This document shows positions 16,410 through 23,952 of a stretch of DNA of 28,086 nucleotides, in pieces. A program made the position numbers and the translations under genes. The stretch covers positions 1 through 28,086 of IMG/VR virus record IMGVR_UViG_3300020042_005495; one strand, given 5' to 3'. The notes beneath the pieces are model-generated. The model did no database searches and was not told the DNA's origin. It worked only from the letters and a program-made list of their open reading frames with translations. The DNA is from a virus (lineage: Duplodnaviria; Caudoviricetes). Each line of letters opens with the position of its first letter. Position 1 is the first letter of the stretch.

Positions 16410-16484
16410 GGTTCCAAAGTGTTCACGGACGCACACGACACTGTCACTGTCGAAGAAGGGGATCGTTACCCCTTGGGACCGCCA
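16410..16484 (+). tRNA. tRNA-Asp(GTC), non-canonical core
   Basis: GGTTCCA/TGGGACC acceptor, CGACA-CTGTCAC-TGTCG anticodon arm, T-arm AGGGG-ATCGTTA-CCCCT, GCCA end. Confidence 0.85.
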
Positions 16485-16520
16485 TTATATATAAGTTACT
16501 GTTAACCAACAAAGGTAACA

Positions 16521-17306
16521 ATGAAAGCTATACTTCTCTCCCTTGCATTGCTGAGTACTAATGTAATAGCAGCAACTCAGTATGTTTATAATTACACAAA
16601 AAAAGAAACAGTAGTAGATGAAGAGTCAGATAGAGTAAGACCAATAGCAAGTATAACAAAGCTGATGACTGCTATTGTAGTACTTGAAAGCAATGTTAGT
16701 TTGTATGAGAAAGTTCCTTACAAAGGATTTCATTCTATCCCATCTAAACTAAGATCTAGAGATGAGCTGTTATCTCTTTTGCTAATCAAGAGTGATAACA
16801 ATGCTGCAGAGGCTCTTGCAAAAAGCTTTCCTGGTGGTAGAGATGTTTTTATTCAAGCAATGAACAATACAGCTAAGTTCTTGGCTATGGATCATACAAA
16901 CTATGACGATCCATCTGGTCTCAGTGCGCGCAATCAAAGTACAGCAAAGGATCTTATAAAACTGTTGCATTATGCTTCGACCTATCCTAAAATAAAGCAG
17001 ATAGCATCAATGACAAGTTTTGTGTTGGTTGAGCCTTCTGTAAAGAAGGTATCAGCAAAGAAGAAGAAAAAGAAAGTAAAGACGTTTAGTAGCTACAGAG
17101 TGATAACAGTTAATAATACTAACTTTCACTTACTGAATGAGTATGAAGAGATAGAGATTTCTAAGACTGGATATACTAACCCAGCTGGTAAATGTCTAAC
17201 AATGTTTGTCACCAAGAACGGTGAGCAGTTTGCAGTAGTAATTCTTGGTGAACGTAATATGAAAGATGTAGAAAAAGTATCAAGAAGGATTTTAAATAGT
17301 TTGTAG
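16521..17306 (+). CDS. D-alanyl-D-alanine carboxy/endopeptidase, peptidase S11 (PBP7/DacA-like)
   Basis: Signal peptide; SxxK (ASITK), SxN (KSDN), KTG (SKTGYT) penicillin-binding motifs; DPSGL...N.STA.DL. Confidence 0.92.
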   Translation: MKAILLSLALLSTNVIAATQYVYNYTKKETVVDEESDRVRPIASITKLMTAIVVLESNVSLYEKVPYKGFHSIPSKLRSRDELLSLLLIKSDNNAAEALAKSFPGGRDVFIQAMNNTAKFLAMDHTNYDDPSGLSARNQSTAKDLIKLLHYASTYPKIKQIASMTSFVLVEPSVKKVSAKKKKKKVKTFSSYRVITVNNTNFHLLNEYEEIEISKTGYTNPAGKCLTMFVTKNGEQFAVVILGERNMKDVEKVSRRILNSL

Positions 17307-17320
17307 CACTTTTAGTTAAT

Positions 17321-17402
17321 GCGCATGTGGTGGAATGGTAGACACGCTAGTCTTAGGAACTAGTCTTTCGGGGTGGGGGTTCGAGTCCCTCCATGCGTAC
17401 CA
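17321..17402 (+). tRNA. tRNA-Leu(TAG)
   Basis: GCGCATG/CATGCGT acceptor, loop CTTAGGA, variable arm, TTCGAGT, CCA. Confidence 0.92.
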
Positions 17403-17468
17403 AAACTCTCCTCTGCATACGGAGTATAATGAGACAAGTTGTATGCACTAACAAATACTGAGGATACT

Positions 17469-17948
17469 ATGAGCCAGCCATATAAAGTTATAGGGGAGTC
17501 AGAATACATCTACTCTATTAATCCCACAGGTCTGGATTATAACGAGTACTTGGGTTGGGACATTGCCCCCCTACCTCTAGATCTTATACAAGTCGAACCA
17601 GTATTATCCTACATCAACTCAAAATTTAGTATAACTAATATAGGTGTATTACGCATGCCACCAAACAGGTGTTATGATTGGCACCAAGATGATGTTCGTG
17701 GTGTCTCTGTTAATATGTTGTTGAGTAGCGCAGATAATCATAGTCATTGTCTTTTCTCAAGGGGTTGGGTCAATAGTGATCAAATAGAAATAGATGAGCT
17801 GGTATATTTACCAAAGAAGCTATATTTATTCAACACTCAGATATCACACACCGTCATAAATTTTAATAAACCTAGATATATGTTCTCAGTACAATTTGAA
17901 AAAGACAAGACAAATTTAACTTTTGACGATATCAGCATCCTGTTTTAA
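17469..17948 (+). CDS. Cupin / Fe(II)-2OG oxygenase-like protein
   Basis: ATG 17469 after GAGGA; WH-Q-D, LFNT...H.V.N...R pattern. Confidence 0.65.
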   Translation: MSQPYKVIGESEYIYSINPTGLDYNEYLGWDIAPLPLDLIQVEPVLSYINSKFSITNIGVLRMPPNRCYDWHQDDVRGVSVNMLLSSADNHSHCLFSRGWVNSDQIEIDELVYLPKKLYLFNTQISHTVINFNKPRYMFSVQFEKDKTNLTFDDISILF

Positions 17949-18002
17949 AAGATAGGGGTATATGATTGGGAATATGTATTATGATTAAGGATAATTATTA
18001 AT

Positions 18003-18088
18003 GCCTGGGTGATGTAACGGTAGCCATAGGAGACTTAAAATCTCCCGCTCGTAAGGGCGTGCCGGTTCGAGTCCGGCTCCAGGTACCA
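18003..18088 (+). tRNA. tRNA-Leu(TAA)
   Basis: GCCTGGG/TCCAGGT acceptor, loop CTTAAAA, long variable arm, TTCGAGT, CCA. Confidence 0.92.
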
Positions 18089-18099
18089 AAGGAGAAAGT

Positions 18100-18300
18100 A
18101 TGAGTATAGTACTTAAACGTGAGCAAATAGAAAAGTTAATTGATGTCTATAACCACTTTAAAGACATAGAGACTTTCACACTATCATTAGAAGAAGACTC
18201 TGATATGATATCAATTAACTTTAGCATTAATGATGTGACAACGGAGTTCAGTCCAAAAGATAAATTTGATAAATCATTTAAACCAGTGGTGTATAAATGA
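18100..18300 (+). CDS. Hypothetical protein
   Basis: SD AAGGAG directly after tRNA-Leu. Confidence 0.7.
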   Translation: MSIVLKREQIEKLIDVYNHFKDIETFTLSLEEDSDMISINFSINDVTTEFSPKDKFDKSFKPVVYK

Positions 18301-18518
18301 AGATAGAGATTAGCGACGATACAGCAATAAGTATAATGTCTGATGTGATGGTACAAGATTATTACCATTTGCAAGCTGATATTGAAAGATATCGGGATAG
18401 ACCTATTCTTTCTGATATTGAAAAAGCAGATCTTGTGTGTTGGGAAAAAGCAAAGGAGAGTTTGGATATTGTCCTTGATTATTACTTAGGTTACGAATGG
18501 AAGAAACGATATGCATGA
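18297..18518 (+). CDS. Hypothetical protein
   Basis: Overlaps both neighbouring genes. Confidence 0.65.
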   Translation: MKIEISDDTAISIMSDVMVQDYYHLQADIERYRDRPILSDIEKADLVCWEKAKESLDIVLDYYLGYEWKKRYA

Positions 18519-18948
18519 TGATTATAAAGCAAAGGTTGGGTTTACTTGTTCCACGTTTGACCTGTTTCATGCAGGTCATGTTTTAATGCTGAAAGAAGCA
18601 GCTACTCAGTGTCAATGGTTGATAGTAGGCCTACAAACAGATCCTACTATCGATCGTCCAGAAAAGAATAAGCCAGTACAATCAGTATTTGAACGGTTTG
18701 TTCAACTTGAAGGCTGTAAGTATGTAGACGAGATTGTTGTGTACGAGACAGAGAAAGATTTGCTAGATATATTGAGTTCTTATCCAATAGATGTTAGGAT
18801 ACTAGGAAAAGAATATGCAGATAAAGCATTTACAGGTAGACATTTAAAACATATTGATCTATACTACAATAGTCGTGAACATTCGTTTTCTACCACTGAA
18901 CTACGTAACCGTATTCGTGAAGCTGAAGAACGAAAGCAAAGGTACTAA
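18511..18948 (+). CDS. Glycerol-3-phosphate cytidylyltransferase-like (TagD/RfaE-type) nucleotidyltransferase
   Basis: TFDLFHAGH (HxGH), LIVGLQTD, ER..QL..CKYVD, R.H..STT motifs. Confidence 0.9.
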   Translation: MHDDYKAKVGFTCSTFDLFHAGHVLMLKEAATQCQWLIVGLQTDPTIDRPEKNKPVQSVFERFVQLEGCKYVDEIVVYETEKDLLDILSSYPIDVRILGKEYADKAFTGRHLKHIDLYYNSREHSFSTTELRNRIREAEERKQRY

Positions 18949-18952
18949 CATA

Positions 18953-19027
18953 CTGGCGTTAGTATAATGGATAATACAGGGGATTTCTACTCCCTTAATG
19001 TGGGTTCGATTCCTGCACGCCGGACCA
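18953..19027 (+). tRNA. tRNA-Arg(TCT)
   Basis: CTGGCGT/ACGCCGG acceptor, GGGGA-TTTCTAC-TCCCT arm, TTCGATT, CCA. Confidence 0.88.
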
Positions 19028-19033
19028 TTTAAT

Positions 19034-19108
19034 GCGGGTGTAACTCAGTGGTAGAGTGTCAGCCTTCCAAGCTGTTCGTCGCAGGTTCGAACCCTGTCAC
19101 CCGCTCCA
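19034..19108 (+). tRNA. tRNA-Gly(TCC)
   Basis: GCGGGTG/CACCCGC acceptor, loop CTTCCAA, U73 discriminator, CCA. Confidence 0.93.
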
Positions 19109-19113
19109 AGTTG

Positions 19114-19142
19114 TTGATTTCTATTTCAAACCATAGTATAGT
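19114..19142 (+). promoter_or_regulatory. sigma70-type promoter TTGATT-N17-TATAGT upstream of the folE unit
   Basis: TGTTGA start shared with the other promoters; 17-nt spacer; intergenic. Confidence 0.6.
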
Positions 19143-19177
19143 GTGGAACATTGTTAATTGATTGGAGTGAATATATT

Positions 19178-19489
19178 ATGCTACATCACAGTGCTGAAAA
19201 CAAGGGTAGTTTTATTTCAAAGCAATATGATTATGTAGACTTTGATCCATTTAACAAGAAGCATAGGATTGCTTTTGTGGAATTTAAACTTTCCGGAAAG
19301 TGGCCTAGTAGTCTTCGATTCAATCTTGATCCGTTGTACAATAATGTACCTTCGATGATCAATCAGCAGCTGCTCGACTTCTACTTTAACAGAGATCGAG
19401 CTATCCCTGAAGAATTAAAGCAAAGATACATTACACAAAATGCTATCTACCCCATTGGAACAGCAACAGTAGGAGAACAATATGAGTGA
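19178..19489 (+). CDS. Hypothetical protein
   Basis: ATG 19178 after GGAG; FDP..K.HR..F..F...G.W pattern; overlaps the folE start. Confidence 0.7.
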   Translation: MLHHSAENKGSFISKQYDYVDFDPFNKKHRIAFVEFKLSGKWPSSLRFNLDPLYNNVPSMINQQLLDFYFNRDRAIPEELKQRYITQNAIYPIGTATVGEQYE

Positions 19490-20180
19490 TGAAGGTATGC
19501 TTCAACAGGTATCGGAAGTAATTAAACAACGTATTAAAGCTGATAAGGCACAGTTCAAAGCTAGTGATAACATCTCTAAGTATGTCTATGATAACGAGTT
19601 GCCAGTACTGGTAGAAGAAGTTAAGTGGAAGTTTCAAAAGGTATTAGATTCACTTATTATTGATACAGAGAACGATCCTAATTCTAAGGATACGGCTAAG
19701 CGTTTAGCCAAGATGTATGTGTATGAGTTAATGTCCGGTCGTTATGAACCTATGCCAGATGTTACCTCATTCCCTAATGAAGGTGAGAACCGATTTGAAG
19801 GCATGCTTGTAGTACGAGCTGAGATTCGTTCTATGTGTTCACACCATCACCAGCCTGTTAAGGGGGTTTGCTACATTGGTATCATTCCTACAGGTCGTGT
19901 GATTGGATTGTCAAAGTACGTACGTCTTGCTCAGTGGTGCGCTCGTCGTGGTCAGTTGCAAGAAGAGTTAGTCAATCAGATTGCACGAGAGATTATGACA
20001 GCCACCGATACTGAGAACGTTGCTGTATACATTGAAGCTACTCATGGCTGCATGGACAATCGTGGTGTGATGGCTCATTCATCAATGACTCAGACGTCTG
20101 CTGTACATGGTCTGTTCCATAATAATAGTGTTAAGCAAGAGTTCTTTGATAATATTAAATTGCAGTCAATGAGGAGTTGA
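19482..20180 (+). CDS. folE: GTP cyclohydrolase I
   Basis: TAKRLAKMY, SMCSHHHQP, GLSK..R, R.QLQE, EATHGCM..RGV motifs. Confidence 0.95.
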   Translation: MSDEGMLQQVSEVIKQRIKADKAQFKASDNISKYVYDNELPVLVEEVKWKFQKVLDSLIIDTENDPNSKDTAKRLAKMYVYELMSGRYEPMPDVTSFPNEGENRFEGMLVVRAEIRSMCSHHHQPVKGVCYIGIIPTGRVIGLSKYVRLAQWCARRGQLQEELVNQIAREIMTATDTENVAVYIEATHGCMDNRGVMAHSSMTQTSAVHGLFHNNSVKQEFFDNIKLQSMRS

Positions 20181-20205
20181 CTTTATTAATAAACTACTAT
20201 AGTAT
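20177..20205 (+). promoter_or_regulatory. sigma70-type promoter TTGACT-N17-TAGTAT
   Basis: -35 overlaps the folE stop; -10 TAGTAT at 17 nt (alternatively TATAGT at 15 nt). Confidence 0.5.
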
Positions 20206-20213
20206 TGGCTTCT

Positions 20214-20426
20214 ATGAAAGATTTGTCAGAATTTGCAAAAGAAGTATGGGCTGCAGAAAATGTTGAAACTAAGAGGAGTGCAATGCTACTCTTGTTGGGG
20301 CAGTTTCAACATAGGGATAAGATTCAACAGTTCATTGAGGAAGTAGAGTCGACTACATCTTCTAAACGTCTCGACTTCTTAGCGGCAAATCTTGTATTGA
20401 GAGACGGTGACCCTGTAATTAAATAA
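20214..20426 (+). CDS. Hypothetical protein (70 aa)
   Basis: ATG 20214 in frame with the listed ORF; no SD. Confidence 0.65.
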   Translation: MKDLSEFAKEVWAAENVETKRSAMLLLLGQFQHRDKIQQFIEEVESTTSSKRLDFLAANLVLRDGDPVIK

Positions 20427-20457
20427 TCTTTTTAACATGAAATAGGAGAAGTAAAGA

Positions 20458-20709
20458 ATGACACAGCATGAGAAACTAATGGGCTTTTTTAAGTCAGGTA
20501 AAGAGATCACTCCAGCACAAGCAGCTGGTTTGTTTCAAGTAACTAACCTTGCAGCACGGGTATCTGAGTTGCGTGCAGAAGGTAACTCTATCTACACCAA
20601 CAAAACTAAGAATGGCAAGACCGCTTACCGTCTTGGTACACCTTCGCGTCGTATGGTAGCATTGGCTTACCACTTGGGTGGTAACCAAGCGTTCACACGT
20701 AACGCTTAA
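20458..20709 (+). CDS. Small winged-helix DNA-binding protein
   Basis: SD AGGAG; IT..QA...F.V.NLAARVSELR.EG..I pattern of a wHTH; followed by a terminator. Confidence 0.75.
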   Translation: MTQHEKLMGFFKSGKEITPAQAAGLFQVTNLAARVSELRAEGNSIYTNKTKNGKTAYRLGTPSRRMVALAYHLGGNQAFTRNA

Positions 20710-20726
20710 TCACTAAAATGTGAGAT

Positions 20727-20756
20727 AACCCGCTGTCTAATAAACAGCGGGTTTTT
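20727..20756 (+). terminator. Rho-independent terminator
   Basis: AACCCGCTGT-ctaataa-ACAGCGGGTT ending in TTTTT. Confidence 0.85.
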
Positions 20757-20759
20757 ATT

Positions 20760-21143
20760 ATGAAAATTTACTTTGTAGAGTTTACACATAAGCAGTCACG
20801 TAAGAAATTTTATAAGTTTGGCATTACCAAGTATGGTGATGTTATGAAACGATTTTCAAAAGAAGAGAGTATTAAATTCAATAACGATCCAGCCCAATAC
20901 GATGACTTCAATATTAGAGTTATTGCTAGTGCTTGGAATGATTATGATCCAGTGTCTGAACAAGAGAAGATTCTATTGAAAAGATATCCAAAGAATATTT
21001 GGGTAGAGGAGTACGTTGGTACTACAGATAAAACTTATAAGTTTTCTGGTGTGACAGAATGTGTTAGTTTGACATACAATCAGGTTGTCGAAGCAAGAAA
21101 ATATATGTATAATCTAAGAAAGGAATGGGGCAATGACGTTTAA
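20760..21143 (+). CDS. GIY-YIG-superfamily (T5orf172-like) protein
   Basis: IYFV...YKFGIT.....KRF...E..L...G.TEC pattern. Confidence 0.55.
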   Translation: MKIYFVEFTHKQSRKKFYKFGITKYGDVMKRFSKEESIKFNNDPAQYDDFNIRVIASAWNDYDPVSEQEKILLKRYPKNIWVEEYVGTTDKTYKFSGVTECVSLTYNQVVEARKYMYNLRKEWGNDV

Positions 21144-21786
21144 AAATATAATTACACGTGAACATTTTCTAAAAGATGCTGATTACATGATGTCGCTTGC
21201 TGCAGATCTCCGTAACGAATACATTAACTACAATATCAACGTACTCGAAAAGGACCCATCAAAGATACGGTTAGCCGGAGAGGATACTTACACTAATGTT
21301 GATCACCTAATTGATACCCCAGCTAACTGGCATTCAATAAGCATTAAGTACCATTTTCGGGAAATGGTAAGAGATGCTGATGAAGAAATTAGAGAGTACC
21401 ATCCTACAGCAATCAAGCTTACAGAATACTATGGAGACGATTGTACAGTCAGTGGATACAGTACAATACAAGCCGGCACTATAATCCATCGCCACTCAGA
21501 TATAGAAAACGAGTCTGCCAGCAGTGTAAGAGTTCATATACCAATAATAATACCTCAAGGAGATGTTTTTTTAGAAGTTGCTGGAGAGATTGTTAAATGG
21601 GACGATATATTTATTTTTCATAACCAAAGGGCACACAGCGCTTGGAATTGCTCGGATCAACCTCGAGTGATTTTTGTTATAGACATAGCTCCACACCGAT
21701 TGGGATTACCACCTGGTGAACCTTATGACGCAATGAGGGATAATATTAATATAGCTCCATTTGAACACAATGGTATATTTGCTTGA
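21133..21786 (+). CDS. Aspartyl/asparaginyl beta-hydroxylase-like Fe(II)/2OG oxygenase
   Basis: YS....GT.I.RH-S-D, R.HIP.IIP, F.....HSAWN.....R..F.ID. Confidence 0.85.
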   Translation: MTFKNIITREHFLKDADYMMSLAADLRNEYINYNINVLEKDPSKIRLAGEDTYTNVDHLIDTPANWHSISIKYHFREMVRDADEEIREYHPTAIKLTEYYGDDCTVSGYSTIQAGTIIHRHSDIENESASSVRVHIPIIIPQGDVFLEVAGEIVKWDDIFIFHNQRAHSAWNCSDQPRVIFVIDIAPHRLGLPPGEPYDAMRDNINIAPFEHNGIFA

Positions 21787-21802
21787 TGAGAAAGGATAGT
21801 TA

Positions 21803-22225
21803 ATGATAAAAACTAATATTTGGGTAACATTTCAAAAAGAGGGTATCCACAAATACCCTGCAGCTGCAAGCGATCCAAAGCTTGCGGCTGTTTCTTTTCT
21901 TGCTAATGAACACCGACACATATTTCATTTTAGAATAGAACTTGAGGTGTTTCATGATGACCGCGAAGTTGAATTTATTTTGCTGAAGCGTGAGTTGGAA
22001 GGACTATATACTACAGGTACTCTTCAACTTAATAATATGTCCTGTGAGATGATTGCCAGAGAACTTCTTACTTATATTCATGAGACTTATCGTGGTCGCA
22101 ATTGCACAATCAGTGTTAGTGAAGATAATGAGAACGGATGTACTCTTGTATATGAAAAAGACATGACACTGAGCCCTGGTATATCTATAGATAAAACTGT
22201 AGCTCAACTTGCTGATTGGAAATAA
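21803..22225 (+). CDS. dpdL: QueD-paralog T-fold protein, DpdL-like (proposed CDG decarboxylase)
   Basis: LANEHRHIF = LxxxHRHxF, DRE.EF, SCEMIA and V.EDNENG motifs; adjacent to the DpdA-like gene. Family assignment recalled from the literature, not searched. Confidence 0.7.
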   Translation: MIKTNIWVTFQKEGIHKYPAAASDPKLAAVSFLANEHRHIFHFRIELEVFHDDREVEFILLKRELEGLYTTGTLQLNNMSCEMIARELLTYIHETYRGRNCTISVSEDNENGCTLVYEKDMTLSPGISIDKTVAQLADWK

Positions 22226-22228
22226 ATT

Positions 22229-23080
22229 ATGGCTACATTTTGTCACATCGCACCGATCCCTCATCTTGATGCTCTTAAAGGAGCCTCAACACATCTTCTG
22301 CTTGCTCACCTTGTTGAAAAGAGTCCACAATATGTTGACTTTTATCTTAACGAACAGAAGAATGGTAGTAAGTTAATTCTTGATAATTCTGCTTTCGAGA
22401 TGTATAAGCAGAACAGACCAATGTACGATATTCATAACTTAATCAATATGGCGAGGAAAGTTAATGCCGATTATGTTGTGATGTCAGACTATCCAAATGA
22501 TTATGGAACAAAAACAATCAATGCAGCAGAGCAACTAGCACCACAACTGAGAGAAGAAGGGTTTGGCACGTTCTTCTGTCCTCAGTCAAAGATTGGTGAT
22601 AAGAATGATCTGTTCAATGGCTTCGAATGGGCAGCAGAATCTGATCATGTTGATTATATTGGGGTATCAATTCTAGCTATCCCTAATGCGTATGCGGTTG
22701 AGAAGGGTAATAAGCTGCAACGATTTGTAAGTCGTTTTATGTTCATGCAAGAGTTGCGTGATTGTGGAGTGCTTGATAAGATTAAGGCGAATGGTAAGAA
22801 GTTACATATGCTTGGTATGCTTGATGGTCCCGGTGAGATTAGATTGATGGAACCATTCAAAGAGTATATTGATACATGGGATAGCAGCGCTGCTATATGG
22901 CTTGGCCTTCATGCTGGTAAGACATTTGACAGTTCTCCAACTGGCTTGTTACATGGTAAGTATGAGGAAGAGGTCAATTTTGACTATGAAAATAAGAGAG
23001 GTGTGTTGACTGCAATCATTAACAAGAGTATAATTGATAATTATATGTCAATGTACCTGACGGGGGGTCATGATGCCTGA
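22229..23080 (+). CDS. TGT/DpdA-like TIM-barrel protein (candidate 7-deazaguanine insertion enzyme)
   Basis: LILDNSAFE (cf. DSGAF/DSGGF), V.SD, PQ, H.LG and DTWDSS motifs in TGT-fold order; context with folE/queD/queE/dpdL. Confidence 0.65.
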   Translation: MATFCHIAPIPHLDALKGASTHLLLAHLVEKSPQYVDFYLNEQKNGSKLILDNSAFEMYKQNRPMYDIHNLINMARKVNADYVVMSDYPNDYGTKTINAAEQLAPQLREEGFGTFFCPQSKIGDKNDLFNGFEWAAESDHVDYIGVSILAIPNAYAVEKGNKLQRFVSRFMFMQELRDCGVLDKIKANGKKLHMLGMLDGPGEIRLMEPFKEYIDTWDSSAAIWLGLHAGKTFDSSPTGLLHGKYEEEVNFDYENKRGVLTAIINKSIIDNYMSMYLTGGHDA

Positions 23081-23471
23081 TTACAAATATAACGAAGACA
23101 AGTACATCACCGACATTAAAAAGTATCTTGATGGTACATACGGTGAACATTATATTGCCAAGGATATTCAAGTTGTAGATATTTGGGAGTCATTAGACAG
23201 TCTTGAAACAACTGCTCGTGATACTGCTATTAAATACTTGTGTCGGTATGGTAAGAAAGCTGGTAAAAACAAAAAAGATTTATTAAAAGCTATTCACTAC
23301 ATTATTCTTATGATGTACTCTCAAGATTCTGCAAGTAGTAAACACAACTACCTTCCTGATGAAGAGACTATAGTTAAAGCATTTCAACAACGTCCACTTG
23401 ATCCACAAATGCAAGATATTCGTGATGCTTATGAAAGGGTAGATTATCATGATTCACATACTAGGAACTAA
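23070..23471 (+). CDS. DUF3310 / T7 gp1.7-like protein (putative nucleotide kinase domain)
   Basis: TY..HY, AIKYL.RYGKK.G....DLLKAIHY motif. Confidence 0.7.
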   Translation: MMPDYKYNEDKYITDIKKYLDGTYGEHYIAKDIQVVDIWESLDSLETTARDTAIKYLCRYGKKAGKNKKDLLKAIHYIILMMYSQDSASSKHNYLPDEETIVKAFQQRPLDPQMQDIRDAYERVDYHDSHTRN

Positions 23472-23952
23472 TAGCAATTCTTCTCTGACAAACACACAAG
23501 AAGGCGATTCACAACCTAATGCAATTGACCTTCGTTTGGATAAAGTATTTAAAATGATGGACAAAGAGTTTATCATTGATAATAACCAAAAGACACATCG
23601 TGGCACTGTTGAGATGTTACCAGAAGATGGTTGGTTTGTCCTACCCGAAGGTACGTACGAAGTAGTAATGGAGAATATCATTCATGTCGGTGCTGATGAA
23701 GCTGGTTGGGTTATTACTCGATCAACGTTGAACCGTAATGGTATCTTTATTACATCTGGATTGTACGATTCTGGATATCACGGTGTTATGGCTGGTGCAC
23801 TTCATGTGAGTGGTGGTCCAGCAAAGATTAAGAAGGGAACGCGCGTAGCACAGTTCCTACTTTTTAAAGCAGAAGCATTATCGGAGTACAACGGCTCATA
23901 TGGTTTGAAGAGTGAGCATGATAAAAAATATACACAAGGAGTTTTACAATGA
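23449..23952 (+). CDS. dCTP deaminase / trimeric dUTPase family protein
   Basis: QPNAIDLRL, RSTLNRNG, YDSGY.G, GTRVAQ, YNGSY motifs. Confidence 0.85.
   Translation: MIHILGTNSNSSLTNTQEGDSQPNAIDLRLDKVFKMMDKEFIIDNNQKTHRGTVEMLPEDGWFVLPEGTYEVVMENIIHVGADEAGWVITRSTLNRNGIFITSGLYDSGYHGVMAGALHVSGGPAKIKKGTRVAQFLLFKAEALSEYNGSYGLKSEHDKKYTQGVLQ

Noticed and set aside
15975-16561. ORFs 15975..16157 (-) and 16352..16561 (+)
   Set aside because: They overlap tRNA-Glu/E3 and tRNA-Asp respectively and are best explained as chance frames.
18953-19027. Possible amber-suppressor reading (CTA) of the TTTCTAC anticodon loop, implying stop-codon recoding
   Set aside because: The 7-nt loop centres on TCT (Arg), and TAG acts as a normal stop for gp3, gp55 and other genes.
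7283-23080. Reading the que genes as simple queuosine-tRNA synthesis for tRNA-Tyr/Asp
   Set aside because: No queC, queF or queA in the window, the barrel protein lacks the zinc-binding C-terminal motif of bacterial tRNA TGT, and a DpdL-like gene is adjacent. This reading is disfavoured but not excluded, because genes may lie outside the window.
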